DNA of 59,357 nucleotides, from positions 1-59,357 of the IMG/VR virus record IMGVR_UViG_3300033148_005636; one strand, 5' to 3'. Shown here piece by piece: positions 9,061 to 15,811 of the stretch. Numbering within the stretch: the stretch's first letter is position 1; each line of letters begins with the position of its first letter. A program made the translations under genes and the position numbers. Below the pieces are notes generated by a model. That model was not told the origin of the DNA, searched no databases, and saw nothing but the letters and a program-made list of their open reading frames with translations. The DNA comes from a virus (taxonomy: Duplodnaviria; Caudoviricetes).

Positions 9061-9475
9061 CAGTCGCCTCCTGATCTGCCTCATGCAAGGTCCAATAGCC
9101 AGCAGGGTCATCGACAGACCAATGACTGCCGCCGGGTCGCAACTGAGGCGTGTCCGGCACTGCCGACAGCACCGCCACCTCCTCAGCCGCCGTCACGCCT
9201 TGCGTCCTCCGCCGCTCGCACAGATCAGCAATCGCTCGTTCCTGCCAAAGCTCTTTCGCGCGTTGCCTGATTACATCGCGTCGCACGTTCCGCTCGAACA
9301 CCGGCATTCCCACGCGCAACATATCAACCGCGACCGACCACGTACCTTCGTCGAGTTGCCACACTAAGAGCCGCATAGCGCCCCGGACCCGCTCGGCTAC
9401 CAGATCGCGAAGTTCACCCTCTTCGTACTCGCGCGCCGCCTGCTCAATGGCTGTTTCGCGTTGTTCACTCTGCAT
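9050..9475 (-). CDS. Hypothetical protein, paralog of 6411-6743
   Basis: GGAGGAG RBS; paralogy. Confidence 0.7.
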   Translation of the reverse strand: MQSEQRETAIEQAAREYEEGELRDLVAERVRGAMRLLVWQLDEGTWSVAVDMLRVGMPVFERNVRRDVIRQRAKELWQERAIADLCERRRTQGVTAAEEVAVLSAVPDTPQLRPGGSHWSVDDPAGYWTLHEADQEATDDA

Positions 9476-9490
9476 TCTCGCGCTCCTCCA

Positions 9491-9844
9491 TCACGCGCCA
9501 TCATCTACCGCCTCTTGGTGGGCCTTCCACACATCCCAGCACTCGGCGCAGGTGTACTCCAGCTTGTCGGGCCGGTAGGGGCAGCGGACGCAGTAATCGC
9601 CTTCGAATATTCTGATACCCAGCAACGCCTCCATCGGGCAGGAAGGCAGGTGGTGCGAAGGCACCTGCATGAGCGCGCGCACATAGCGCTCCAGGTGCTC
9701 TTGCATGCGGTCGTACTGACGAACGATTCTGCGTACCGTGTCTGCAAGTGTCTCCTGCGCACAGAACATGCACAGTCCGCTGTCAGCGTTAGAATGCATT
9801 TGCCCACAACGCACACAGGCTTCGCGCGACATCTGCTCATCCAT
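9491..9844 (-). CDS. Hypothetical Cys-rich protein
   Basis: CVRC, CMFC, CVRC and CAEC; GAGGAGG RBS before MDEQ. Confidence 0.6.
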   Translation of the reverse strand: MDEQMSREACVRCGQMHSNADSGLCMFCAQETLADTVRRIVRQYDRMQEHLERYVRALMQVPSHHLPSCPMEALLGIRIFEGDYCVRCPYRPDKLEYTCAECWDVWKAHQEAVDDGA

Positions 9845-9893
9845 ATTGTCATGCCTCCTCGTAAGTTGCACGACGTCAGTTCAGCCGCCCCTC

Positions 9894-11270
9894 TCACCAA
9901 CGCTGATCTACCCCGTCAGATTCGCGCGCCCTGCCCTCCGGCGCATCGGTGATGTGCCCCGTCGCAAGGTCGAACCGCACCGCGTGCACCCCGAACGGCG
10001 GCCTCCGCCGACACGCGTGCAGCCGCAACCGCCCCGACTCCTCCGCCTGCCAATCCTCTCGCCGCCGCTGTGCCCGACGACCCTCAGGCCCCCGCTCAAC
10101 ATCGAACACCAGCGTAGCCGCCTCGTCCCACGCCCGCGCCCACTTCGCGTGCCGCCCCGCCTGACCGTCCGTCAACTGCGATGGCACGATGATAGGGCAC
10201 CGCAGTTCCGCGGCCAGCGCCGCAATCCGATTCGCCTTGTCCTCCGCCGCCTGCACCAGCGTGTCACCCTTGCCCCCCTGGATTAGCTGGGCGTAATCTA
10301 TCAGCACCAGCCCAATCCGCTCGCTGATGCTGATGCGGCGCAGGTCGGTGAGCAGGCGGTCGAGGTCGAAGATGCTACCGCTCACGTAGAGCGGCAACCC
10401 CCGCCACTTCTGCGCCGCCTGCCGGAATCGCTCGCGCTCCTTAGCCGTCACGGGGCTCGCGGGCGAGAACACCGACGCCGAGAACTCGCCCAGCCACGCC
10501 ATCGCCCGCTCCTCCCACACGTCCTGCCCCTCAAGGACGTACGCCACCGCGCACCGGCCATTCTCCCCCTCCTCCGCGAACTCAAGCGCCGAGGACAGGA
10601 TCGCATTCAGCCCCACCATCGACTTGCCCGCCTTCTCGACGCCGCGCACTACCACCAGCCCATGCCCGGCCAGCCCGCCCATCTGCCGGTCGAGGTCCGG
10701 GATGCCCAGCCGCGCCGCGCTCACATGCGGCGGCGCCTCAAGCGCCGTCTCCAGCCGCGCCACCATCTTCTCCGCGTATTCTGCCGCCCGCACCGCCCCC
10801 TGCCCAGCCGTACGGACGCTGCACAACTCCGCGACCGCCCGCGCCGCCTCCGCCAAGACCTCCGCAGGGTCGTCCGGCTTGTCGTACGCCGCCGACTGTA
10901 GCTCAGCGCCCAGTCGCACCAGCGCCCTCAGCACCGCACAGTCGGCCACGATGCTCCCGTAGCGAATCGTGTGCGCGCTCGTCGGCACCTGCGCTATGAG
11001 CGCCGTGAGATACTCGCCGCCTCCACACCGCTCCAACACCTCGCGCCGCCGCAACTCCGCCGCCACCGTCACCGGGTCCACAGCCCCACCGCTGTCCGCC
11101 ACGTGCTCGATGGCGCTGAATATCTCCCGGTGCGCCTCCCGGTAGAAGTCCTCGGCCCGGACGAGCGCCCGCGCCCGCGCCACCGCCTCGGGATCAATCA
11201 GCATCGCCCCGAGTGTCGCCTGTTCGGCCTCAAGGTCCTGCGGGGGCAGGCGGTCGGTGGCGTCAGTCAC
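9894..11270 (-). CDS. dnaB: DnaB-like replicative helicase (divergent)
   Basis: PPQDLEAEQATLGAML N-terminal domain, Walker A GVEKAGKS, Walker B LVLIDY, and SQL. Confidence 0.88.
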   Translation of the reverse strand: MTDATDRLPPQDLEAEQATLGAMLIDPEAVARARALVRAEDFYREAHREIFSAIEHVADSGGAVDPVTVAAELRRREVLERCGGGEYLTALIAQVPTSAHTIRYGSIVADCAVLRALVRLGAELQSAAYDKPDDPAEVLAEAARAVAELCSVRTAGQGAVRAAEYAEKMVARLETALEAPPHVSAARLGIPDLDRQMGGLAGHGLVVVRGVEKAGKSMVGLNAILSSALEFAEEGENGRCAVAYVLEGQDVWEERAMAWLGEFSASVFSPASPVTAKERERFRQAAQKWRGLPLYVSGSIFDLDRLLTDLRRISISERIGLVLIDYAQLIQGGKGDTLVQAAEDKANRIAALAAELRCPIIVPSQLTDGQAGRHAKWARAWDEAATLVFDVERGPEGRRAQRRREDWQAEESGRLRLHACRRRPPFGVHAVRFDLATGHITDAPEGRARESDGVDQRW

Positions 11271-11500
11271 GATTGCCCCTCCCGGCTCTCCGCAACGCCC
11301 GCCTGCTGCTCATACCAGAACGGCCTGTCGCGCTTCACTACGTCCACCTGACCATCGGGAGACACGTTCATCTCATACTGCTCCGTATCTGACCCCATAT
11401 AGACCATGACACCACGGCGAGGGTCGCACGCCACACGCTCGATGCGAAATGGCCCCCAACGGAAGCCGTACGTCGTCTCAGCGAGGTCGAAGCCACTCAT
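11267..11500 (-). CDS. Hypothetical protein
   Basis: Overlaps both neighbours by 4 bp. Confidence 0.6.
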   Translation of the reverse strand: MSGFDLAETTYGFRWGPFRIERVACDPRRGVMVYMGSDTEQYEMNVSPDGQVDVVKRDRPFWYEQQAGVAESREGQS

Positions 11501-12606
11501 CCCTGAGCCTCCGGTCTCTCTTCTGGGTGCTCAGCGTAGTACGCCTCCCACCGCGCCTCCCGCTCTGCATCCAGCTTCCGCTGCAATTCCCATGCCCGGT
11601 CAAGGTCCGGGTCCCTGTCATCCTCCGCTTCCTCGCGCTCGCGCTCGATACGTTCGAGCCACTTTGCGGGCAGATGCTTCTCCGTGGCCTTCGGCGGGTA
11701 GCGCTCCAGCAGCGCTACGGCGTCGTCCTCGTCGGTGATGTACCAGTCCGCCTCGCCCTCTATAGCGATGATCAGTTCCACGAGCCAGCGGTCGCAGATA
11801 TGCTGTGACCACGGGAGATCGAAACACGCATTGCGCAGGTTGGGGTAGTTGAGCTTCTTCATGCCCACATCGTCGGGCAGGTCGTCGTAGGGCCGTGCGC
11901 CGTTGCCGTTGCCGTTGGAAGTACTCTCTTGAGACTCTTCGTCGTGTACGTCTGTGTCTGGTCTAGTCTGGTCTAGTCTAGTCTGGTCTAGTCTGTTGCC
12001 GTCGTGTTCGGCACCTGCCGGAACACCTGTAGGAACACCTGTCCCAGCAGGTGTCGAAACAGGTGTTGGAACAGGTGAGGGGAGAGCTGTGGGCTCAGGT
12101 GCAGCGCCGTCCGAGTCACCTGTGCGAGACATGAGGTGCACTACCCGGTCACATGCGGCACTTAGCCCGACACGAAGCCCATACCTGTCGGGCGTGACGT
12201 TCTTCAGGTGGCCGTACTGCTCGGCGAATGCAACCAGATCAGCGGGCGGTTCCCAGTCTGGCGGTGGCGGGTACTCAGGGCCGCTCACGCGCAGCCAGTT
12301 CGGCCTGTCGTGCCGGTGGTAGTCGACGATTTCGAGGAGTTCGTCGCCGTCTACCTCATAGCGCCGGATCAGCCCGCAAGCCTCCATCGCGTCGAGCGCC
12401 CGCGCCGCCTGTGTAGGCGTTATGCGCGCCAGTCCCCCGATGACGTGGGCGAACCTGGCGGGGTCGGCGGTGAACCTGCCGAAGTCGTCGGCGTGGGCCT
12501 TGAGCGGCCAGTATAGGGCGAGGGCCGTTTTCGACTTCCGCCACAGGCAGCACAGGCGCTCAGACAGCATCGCGTCACGGTGCACCTTCGCCCACTGCTT
12601 CGCCAT
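11497..12606 (-). CDS. Phage replication initiator (replisome organiser-like)
   Basis: WAKVH...LYWPLKAHADDFGR...LDAMEACGLI winged-helix N-terminus, a low-complexity repeat-bearing linker, and position upstream of dnaB. Confidence 0.75.
   Translation of the reverse strand: MAKQWAKVHRDAMLSERLCCLWRKSKTALALYWPLKAHADDFGRFTADPARFAHVIGGLARITPTQAARALDAMEACGLIRRYEVDGDELLEIVDYHRHDRPNWLRVSGPEYPPPPDWEPPADLVAFAEQYGHLKNVTPDRYGLRVGLSAACDRVVHLMSRTGDSDGAAPEPTALPSPVPTPVSTPAGTGVPTGVPAGAEHDGNRLDQTRLDQTRPDTDVHDEESQESTSNGNGNGARPYDDLPDDVGMKKLNYPNLRNACFDLPWSQHICDRWLVELIIAIEGEADWYITDEDDAVALLERYPPKATEKHLPAKWLERIEREREEAEDDRDPDLDRAWELQRKLDAEREARWEAYYAEHPEERPEAQG
11956..12101. repeat. Putative replication origin: (GTCTR)8 plus phased CACCTG/CAGGTG iterons
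   Basis: GTCTR x8 at 11956-11995. CACCTG at 12012, 12024, 12036 and CAGGTG at 12048, 12060, 12072, 12096, all on a 12-bp register. Confidence 0.7.
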
Positions 12607-12621
12607 GGCCACCGGACCTCC

Positions 12622-12788
12622 TCAGAACAGACAAGCCCCCGCAGGGACCGCGATCCTGTCCAGCCAAGACGAGGAGGCCGCGTTAGTGATCCCTGCGGGG
12701 GCAATCCGGTTGATGTACATGAAACGAACCTCCTTGAAGCGCCCTGGCTGGACAGGTTCACCATACAACGTCTCGCGCCCTATGTCAA
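12622..12788 (-). promoter_or_regulatory. Promoter plus structured leader (two interleaved stems, 32-aa leader ORF) upstream of the initiator
   Basis: TTGACA(12788-12783)-17-TATGGT(12765-12760). Inverted repeats 12745-12756/12655-12666 and 12690-12702/12635-12647. AAGGAGG-ATG ORF 12720-12622. Confidence 0.65.
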
Positions 12789-12805
12789 TCGCGCTGTCGC
12801 GGCCG

Positions 12806-12890
12806 TTGCCGCACCTCGCCTTACCTTGCCATGCCTCACCCTGCCTAGCCATGCCATACCCGGCCTCGCCTAGCCTCGCCGCACCGCGCC
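12806..12890 (-). ncRNA. GGY-NN pentamer array A (17 units), candidate guide RNA
   Basis: 17 consecutive perfect GGC/GGT+NN units starting at the base after the TAA of the RAMP-like gene. Confidence 0.8.
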
Positions 12891-13421
12891 TTACAAAGCA
12901 CTCCACGCCGTGACGACGAACCGACCCATCGGCCCCTTGCAGTCTGGCCGCCAGTCCAGTACGCCGACGCGCGACCCAGCGTCGTCAATGATCTGGCGCA
13001 ACTGCTTCTCCGTCACGAGCGCCGGGTCGTACTGGATCGTCGCCTCGATGCGCCACTCGTCGAACCGTGGGCGGTGCCGCACCACACGGCCCTTCGTGCT
13101 GGGCACGACGACCGAGCGGCTGTCGATGGTGTACTCCTGCGGGTCGAGGATGAGGTACTCGGGCTCGATGGCGATACAGGCCGCGACGGGCTTCTGGAGG
13201 CTCGCGCGCCCCTTGCCCTTGGAGTAGACGGCAGCGCGAATGAGGGCCTGCCGCAGGGCCTCCGCCGGGATGTACAGCTCGCCGTCCGGGGTGCGATAGG
13301 CGGCGATCTCCGCCTGGTCCTCGGGCGTCCGCTTCTCCAGCGGAGGGTCGATGTCCTCCAACGGAAATCTGTGCATGAGCAGCGGACTGATACCCGTCAG
13401 TTCGATCTTCACGGCGTCCAT
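12891..13421 (-). CDS. Standalone Cas7/RAMP-like protein (176 aa)
   Basis: N-terminal strand IELTGISPLLMH, YIPAEALRQAL (compare Csm3-type IPGSSLKG), and a C-terminal Gly-rich loop GSRVGVLDWRPDCKGPMGRF. RBS AAGGAG 10 nt before the ATG. Confidence 0.8.
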   Translation of the reverse strand: MDAVKIELTGISPLLMHRFPLEDIDPPLEKRTPEDQAEIAAYRTPDGELYIPAEALRQALIRAAVYSKGKGRASLQKPVAACIAIEPEYLILDPQEYTIDSRSVVVPSTKGRVVRHRPRFDEWRIEATIQYDPALVTEKQLRQIIDDAGSRVGVLDWRPDCKGPMGRFVVTAWSAL

Positions 13422-13471
13422 CGTCGTCACGCTCCTTCTGTGGTCTGTCTCCTTGACATGCCTCGCTAACG

Positions 13472-13596
13472 TCACCCTGCCTCGTCTTGCCACACCTTAC
13501 CCAGCCCTACCGTGCCCGGCCTTGCCGGACCCCGCCCTGCCCTGCCTCGCCAGGCCGCGCCCCGCCAGGCCAGGCCTTACCGGGCCGCGCCTCACC
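13472..13596 (-). ncRNA. GGY-NN pentamer array B (25 units), candidate guide RNA
   Basis: 24 of 25 units are GGY-NN; one degenerate unit (GAC-GA at 13482-13486). Confidence 0.8.
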
Positions 13597-13619
13597 CCGA
13601 GAAGACTCGTAAGCGTCCC

Positions 13620-13734
13620 CTGCCTCGCCCCGCCGCGCCGGGCATTGCCACACCTCGCCCAGCCGTGCCAAGCCTCGCCAGGCCACGCCTCGCCACGCCT
13701 CGCCATGCCATGCCTAACCTCGCCACGCCAAGCC
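13620..13734 (-). ncRNA. GGY-NN pentamer array C (23 units), candidate guide RNA
   Basis: 22 of 23 units are GGY-NN; one degenerate unit (TGC-CC at 13640-13644). Separated from array B by a 23-nt linker that can form a hairpin. Confidence 0.8.
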
Positions 13735-13745
13735 GTACATGCACA

Positions 13746-13907
13746 GCCCCGCGCATACCAGAGCCGCTGTGTGGGGGGAGACAGCAATCGGTACGCGCGG
13801 GGCAATCCGCGTGTCGGGTTCGGGCCAGTTGTCCGCGGCTCATGACTCTTCATCGATGCTGTCTCCCCAGACATCTTCATCCTACCACATCCGCGCGGCC
13901 CCGTCAA
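13746..13907 (-). promoter_or_regulatory. Sigma70-type promoter and pseudoknot-like leader for the array/RAMP locus
   Basis: TTGACG(13907-13902)-17-TAGGAT(13884-13879) with extended TG. Stems 13857-13868/13775-13786 (12 bp) and 13790-13803/13746-13759 (14 bp, one G-U). Confidence 0.7.
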
Positions 13908-14452
13908 GCCCCGATGACCCAGACCTGCCGCACACCCGCGTTGTCGTCGCCCCACAAGGTGCCGCGCCGGGGTTCCCAGAAGTCCAGCCACAGGTCGGCG
14001 CCCTTGCGACGGGCGACGCGGTCGTTGCGGCGCGCGCCGGTATCAAGCACCTGCCGGATGCCGGTTCGCGGGTGCCAGACCCACGTGTATGCGGGCAGCA
14101 GGTTGGCCGCCACGCACCGCTCGTCCACACCGTGGCCGTAGCGCGTCCCCTGCCCGCGCGGGAAGCCCTCCTCCGGGAAGTAGGTGGTGAGCCACGCGCG
14201 AAGCCGTCGCACGTCGCCCTCCAGCGCCCGTTCGTATCCCTCGCGTTGCCAGTCCTCAAGTTCTCCGAAGCAGCCCGATAATGCCTTGGTCGCGCAGCGT
14301 TGCAGCGGTTCGTCGGGCAGGTCCGCCACAGCCTCGACGGCGCTGTCCGGTTCAGCACTCTCCACCACTCGCGGCCCCCACGCCACGGCGCACGAGACAC
14401 CCAGCAGCGTCGCCATCAGCCCGCACGTCACCGCTGTGCGTGGTGTCCTCAC
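13904..14452 (-). CDS. Secreted or membrane 3D/DPBB-like domain protein
   Basis: N-terminal hydrophobic segment; LTTY...CVAAN...VLDTGA...LDFW resembles 3D-domain motifs. Confidence 0.55.
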   Translation of the reverse strand: MRTPRTAVTCGLMATLLGVSCAVAWGPRVVESAEPDSAVEAVADLPDEPLQRCATKALSGCFGELEDWQREGYERALEGDVRRLRAWLTTYFPEEGFPRGQGTRYGHGVDERCVAANLLPAYTWVWHPRTGIRQVLDTGARRNDRVARRKGADLWLDFWEPRRGTLWGDDNAGVRQVWVIGA

Positions 14453-15651
14453 TGCACATCCTCCTCCTCGCAGCCATCGATGCGGAACCGCTCCGCCCCG
14501 TTCCACTTCCGCGGCTCCATCAGCCCCCGCAGGGCCTCAGCGGCGGTGTCGGCCTCGCCATGCCCGAATGGGTCTTCGTCGCGCTCGACAAGGGCCAGCA
14601 GGCGACCGAGGGCCTTCGGGTCCGGGTCGGGGAACAGGACCTCCGTCACCTCGTCCTCGTCAAGGCCCGCGTCCGTCAACACCTCCGCCGCCCGCTGCCG
14701 CTCCACGCTGCGCTTGAGCACGTACTCGCCGTCATAGACGGCTGCCCCGTCACGCTCGACGACGTGGGCCGGCCGCCCGCGATAGGCCACCTTGCCCGCG
14801 GCGCTCACCGGGCCGTGCTCGCGGACCCATGCACTCACCGCATTGCGCAGGCGCTTGAGGTCGGCTTCGTGGGCGACGATGCGGCGCAGGGCGTCCTCAG
14901 CGTCCGCGGTGCAGGTGATCGCCACGCCGGTGCCAGCCGCGTACGGGCACACGTGCGTGTAGTCGCACCATGCACACGCGTGAGGTGAGGGCGTCGCCTC
15001 GAACCGCTTGTTGGCGGCGATGCGTCGCGCAATAGCCACCGCCCAGTCCGGCCGCAGTTCGTCGGGGGCCATCCACCACTCGTGCGTGACCCCGTTGCCG
15101 ATGTAGTGCGCGCGCAGCATCACCTCGGATGCGCCGCTGAACTGCGGCATTCGCAGGAGCGCCCAGCCGTACATCATCAGTTGGGCAGGCGGCTCGTCGG
15201 GGCGGTCCTGCGCCCAACTGGACTTGTAGTCCGTCACGAACAGCCGCCCGTCCGCGGTCGCGTACTCCACCAGGTCCACGCGCCCCTTGAACTTGCCGAG
15301 GCCCTCGGGCAGGTCGGCGGCGACTTCGCGTTCCACGCCCTCGCCGTCCGCCACCACCAGCTCGCGATTGAACTCAACCTGCCGGGCGAATGCGCGGCAG
15401 AGTCTCTCAACTCCGAGCCCGTCGGGGCGGTAGCCGACGGCCTGCTCGTCCGCCCACTCCCAATCGCGCGGCAGGCCCGCCTCAATGCAGTGGCGGCCGT
15501 ACATCTCGGCGAACTCGTGCACGAGCCGCCCGCGGATGCAGGCTTCGCTCTCCTGCCTCTGCTCGCGGTCCACGTAGGCGAAGCGCCATGCCAGCGGGCA
15601 GCGCGCGTAGAGCGACAGGCTGCTGTAGCTCACGTGCGTCGGTTCGGTCAT
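14449..15651 (-). CDS. PD-(D/E)XK RecB/Cas4-like exonuclease
   Basis: SYSSL...CP, GRLVHE, GRVDL, DYKS, QLMMY and CAWCDYTHVCP Fe-S cysteines. Confidence 0.88.
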   Translation of the reverse strand: MTEPTHVSYSSLSLYARCPLAWRFAYVDREQRQESEACIRGRLVHEFAEMYGRHCIEAGLPRDWEWADEQAVGYRPDGLGVERLCRAFARQVEFNRELVVADGEGVEREVAADLPEGLGKFKGRVDLVEYATADGRLFVTDYKSSWAQDRPDEPPAQLMMYGWALLRMPQFSGASEVMLRAHYIGNGVTHEWWMAPDELRPDWAVAIARRIAANKRFEATPSPHACAWCDYTHVCPYAAGTGVAITCTADAEDALRRIVAHEADLKRLRNAVSAWVREHGPVSAAGKVAYRGRPAHVVERDGAAVYDGEYVLKRSVERQRAAEVLTDAGLDEDEVTEVLFPDPDPKALGRLLALVERDEDPFGHGEADTAAEALRGLMEPRKWNGAERFRIDGCEEEDVQ

Positions 15652-15670
15652 CGCGGTCTCTCCTTCCCGG

Positions 15671-15811
15671 TTAGCGCCACAGTCTCTGCACTCCCCGCCC
15701 GATGTAGCGGTTGGCTATTCGGGCGGCTGTCCGGCCCGGCCCGCGCGATAGGGCATTCAGCCAACCCAGCAGGCGGGCGAACGCGTAGAGCAGTCTGCGC
15801 AGTCTGTTCAT
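15671..15811 (-). CDS. Small basic hypothetical protein
   Basis: MNRLRRLLYAFARLLG...; ATGA overlap and GAGGAG RBS. Confidence 0.55.
   Translation of the reverse strand: MNRLRRLLYAFARLLGWLNALSRGPGRTAARIANRYIGRGVQRLWR

Noticed and set aside
11956-11995. (GTCTR)8 as a fourth guide array
   Set aside because: Different consensus, only one variable position, and it lies in frame within the initiator gene beside the iterons.
12806-13734. Arrays as a canonical CRISPR array or a simple microsatellite
   Set aside because: There are no 25-45 nt repeats with unique spacers, and variation is confined to two of five positions, unlike slippage repeats.
13497-13991. Arg/Gly/Ala-rich ORFs over the pentamer arrays (13497..13991, 13592..13843, 12622..12906 and plus-strand counterparts), and the 24-aa N-terminal extension of the RAMP-like ORF
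   Set aside because: These are low-complexity read-throughs of a 5-nt, non-triplet repeat. The RBS points to the ATG at 13421.
14449-15651. Cas4-like nuclease as evidence of a CRISPR adaptation module
   Set aside because: No cas1 or cas2; solo PD-(D/E)XK exonucleases are common in phage recombination modules.
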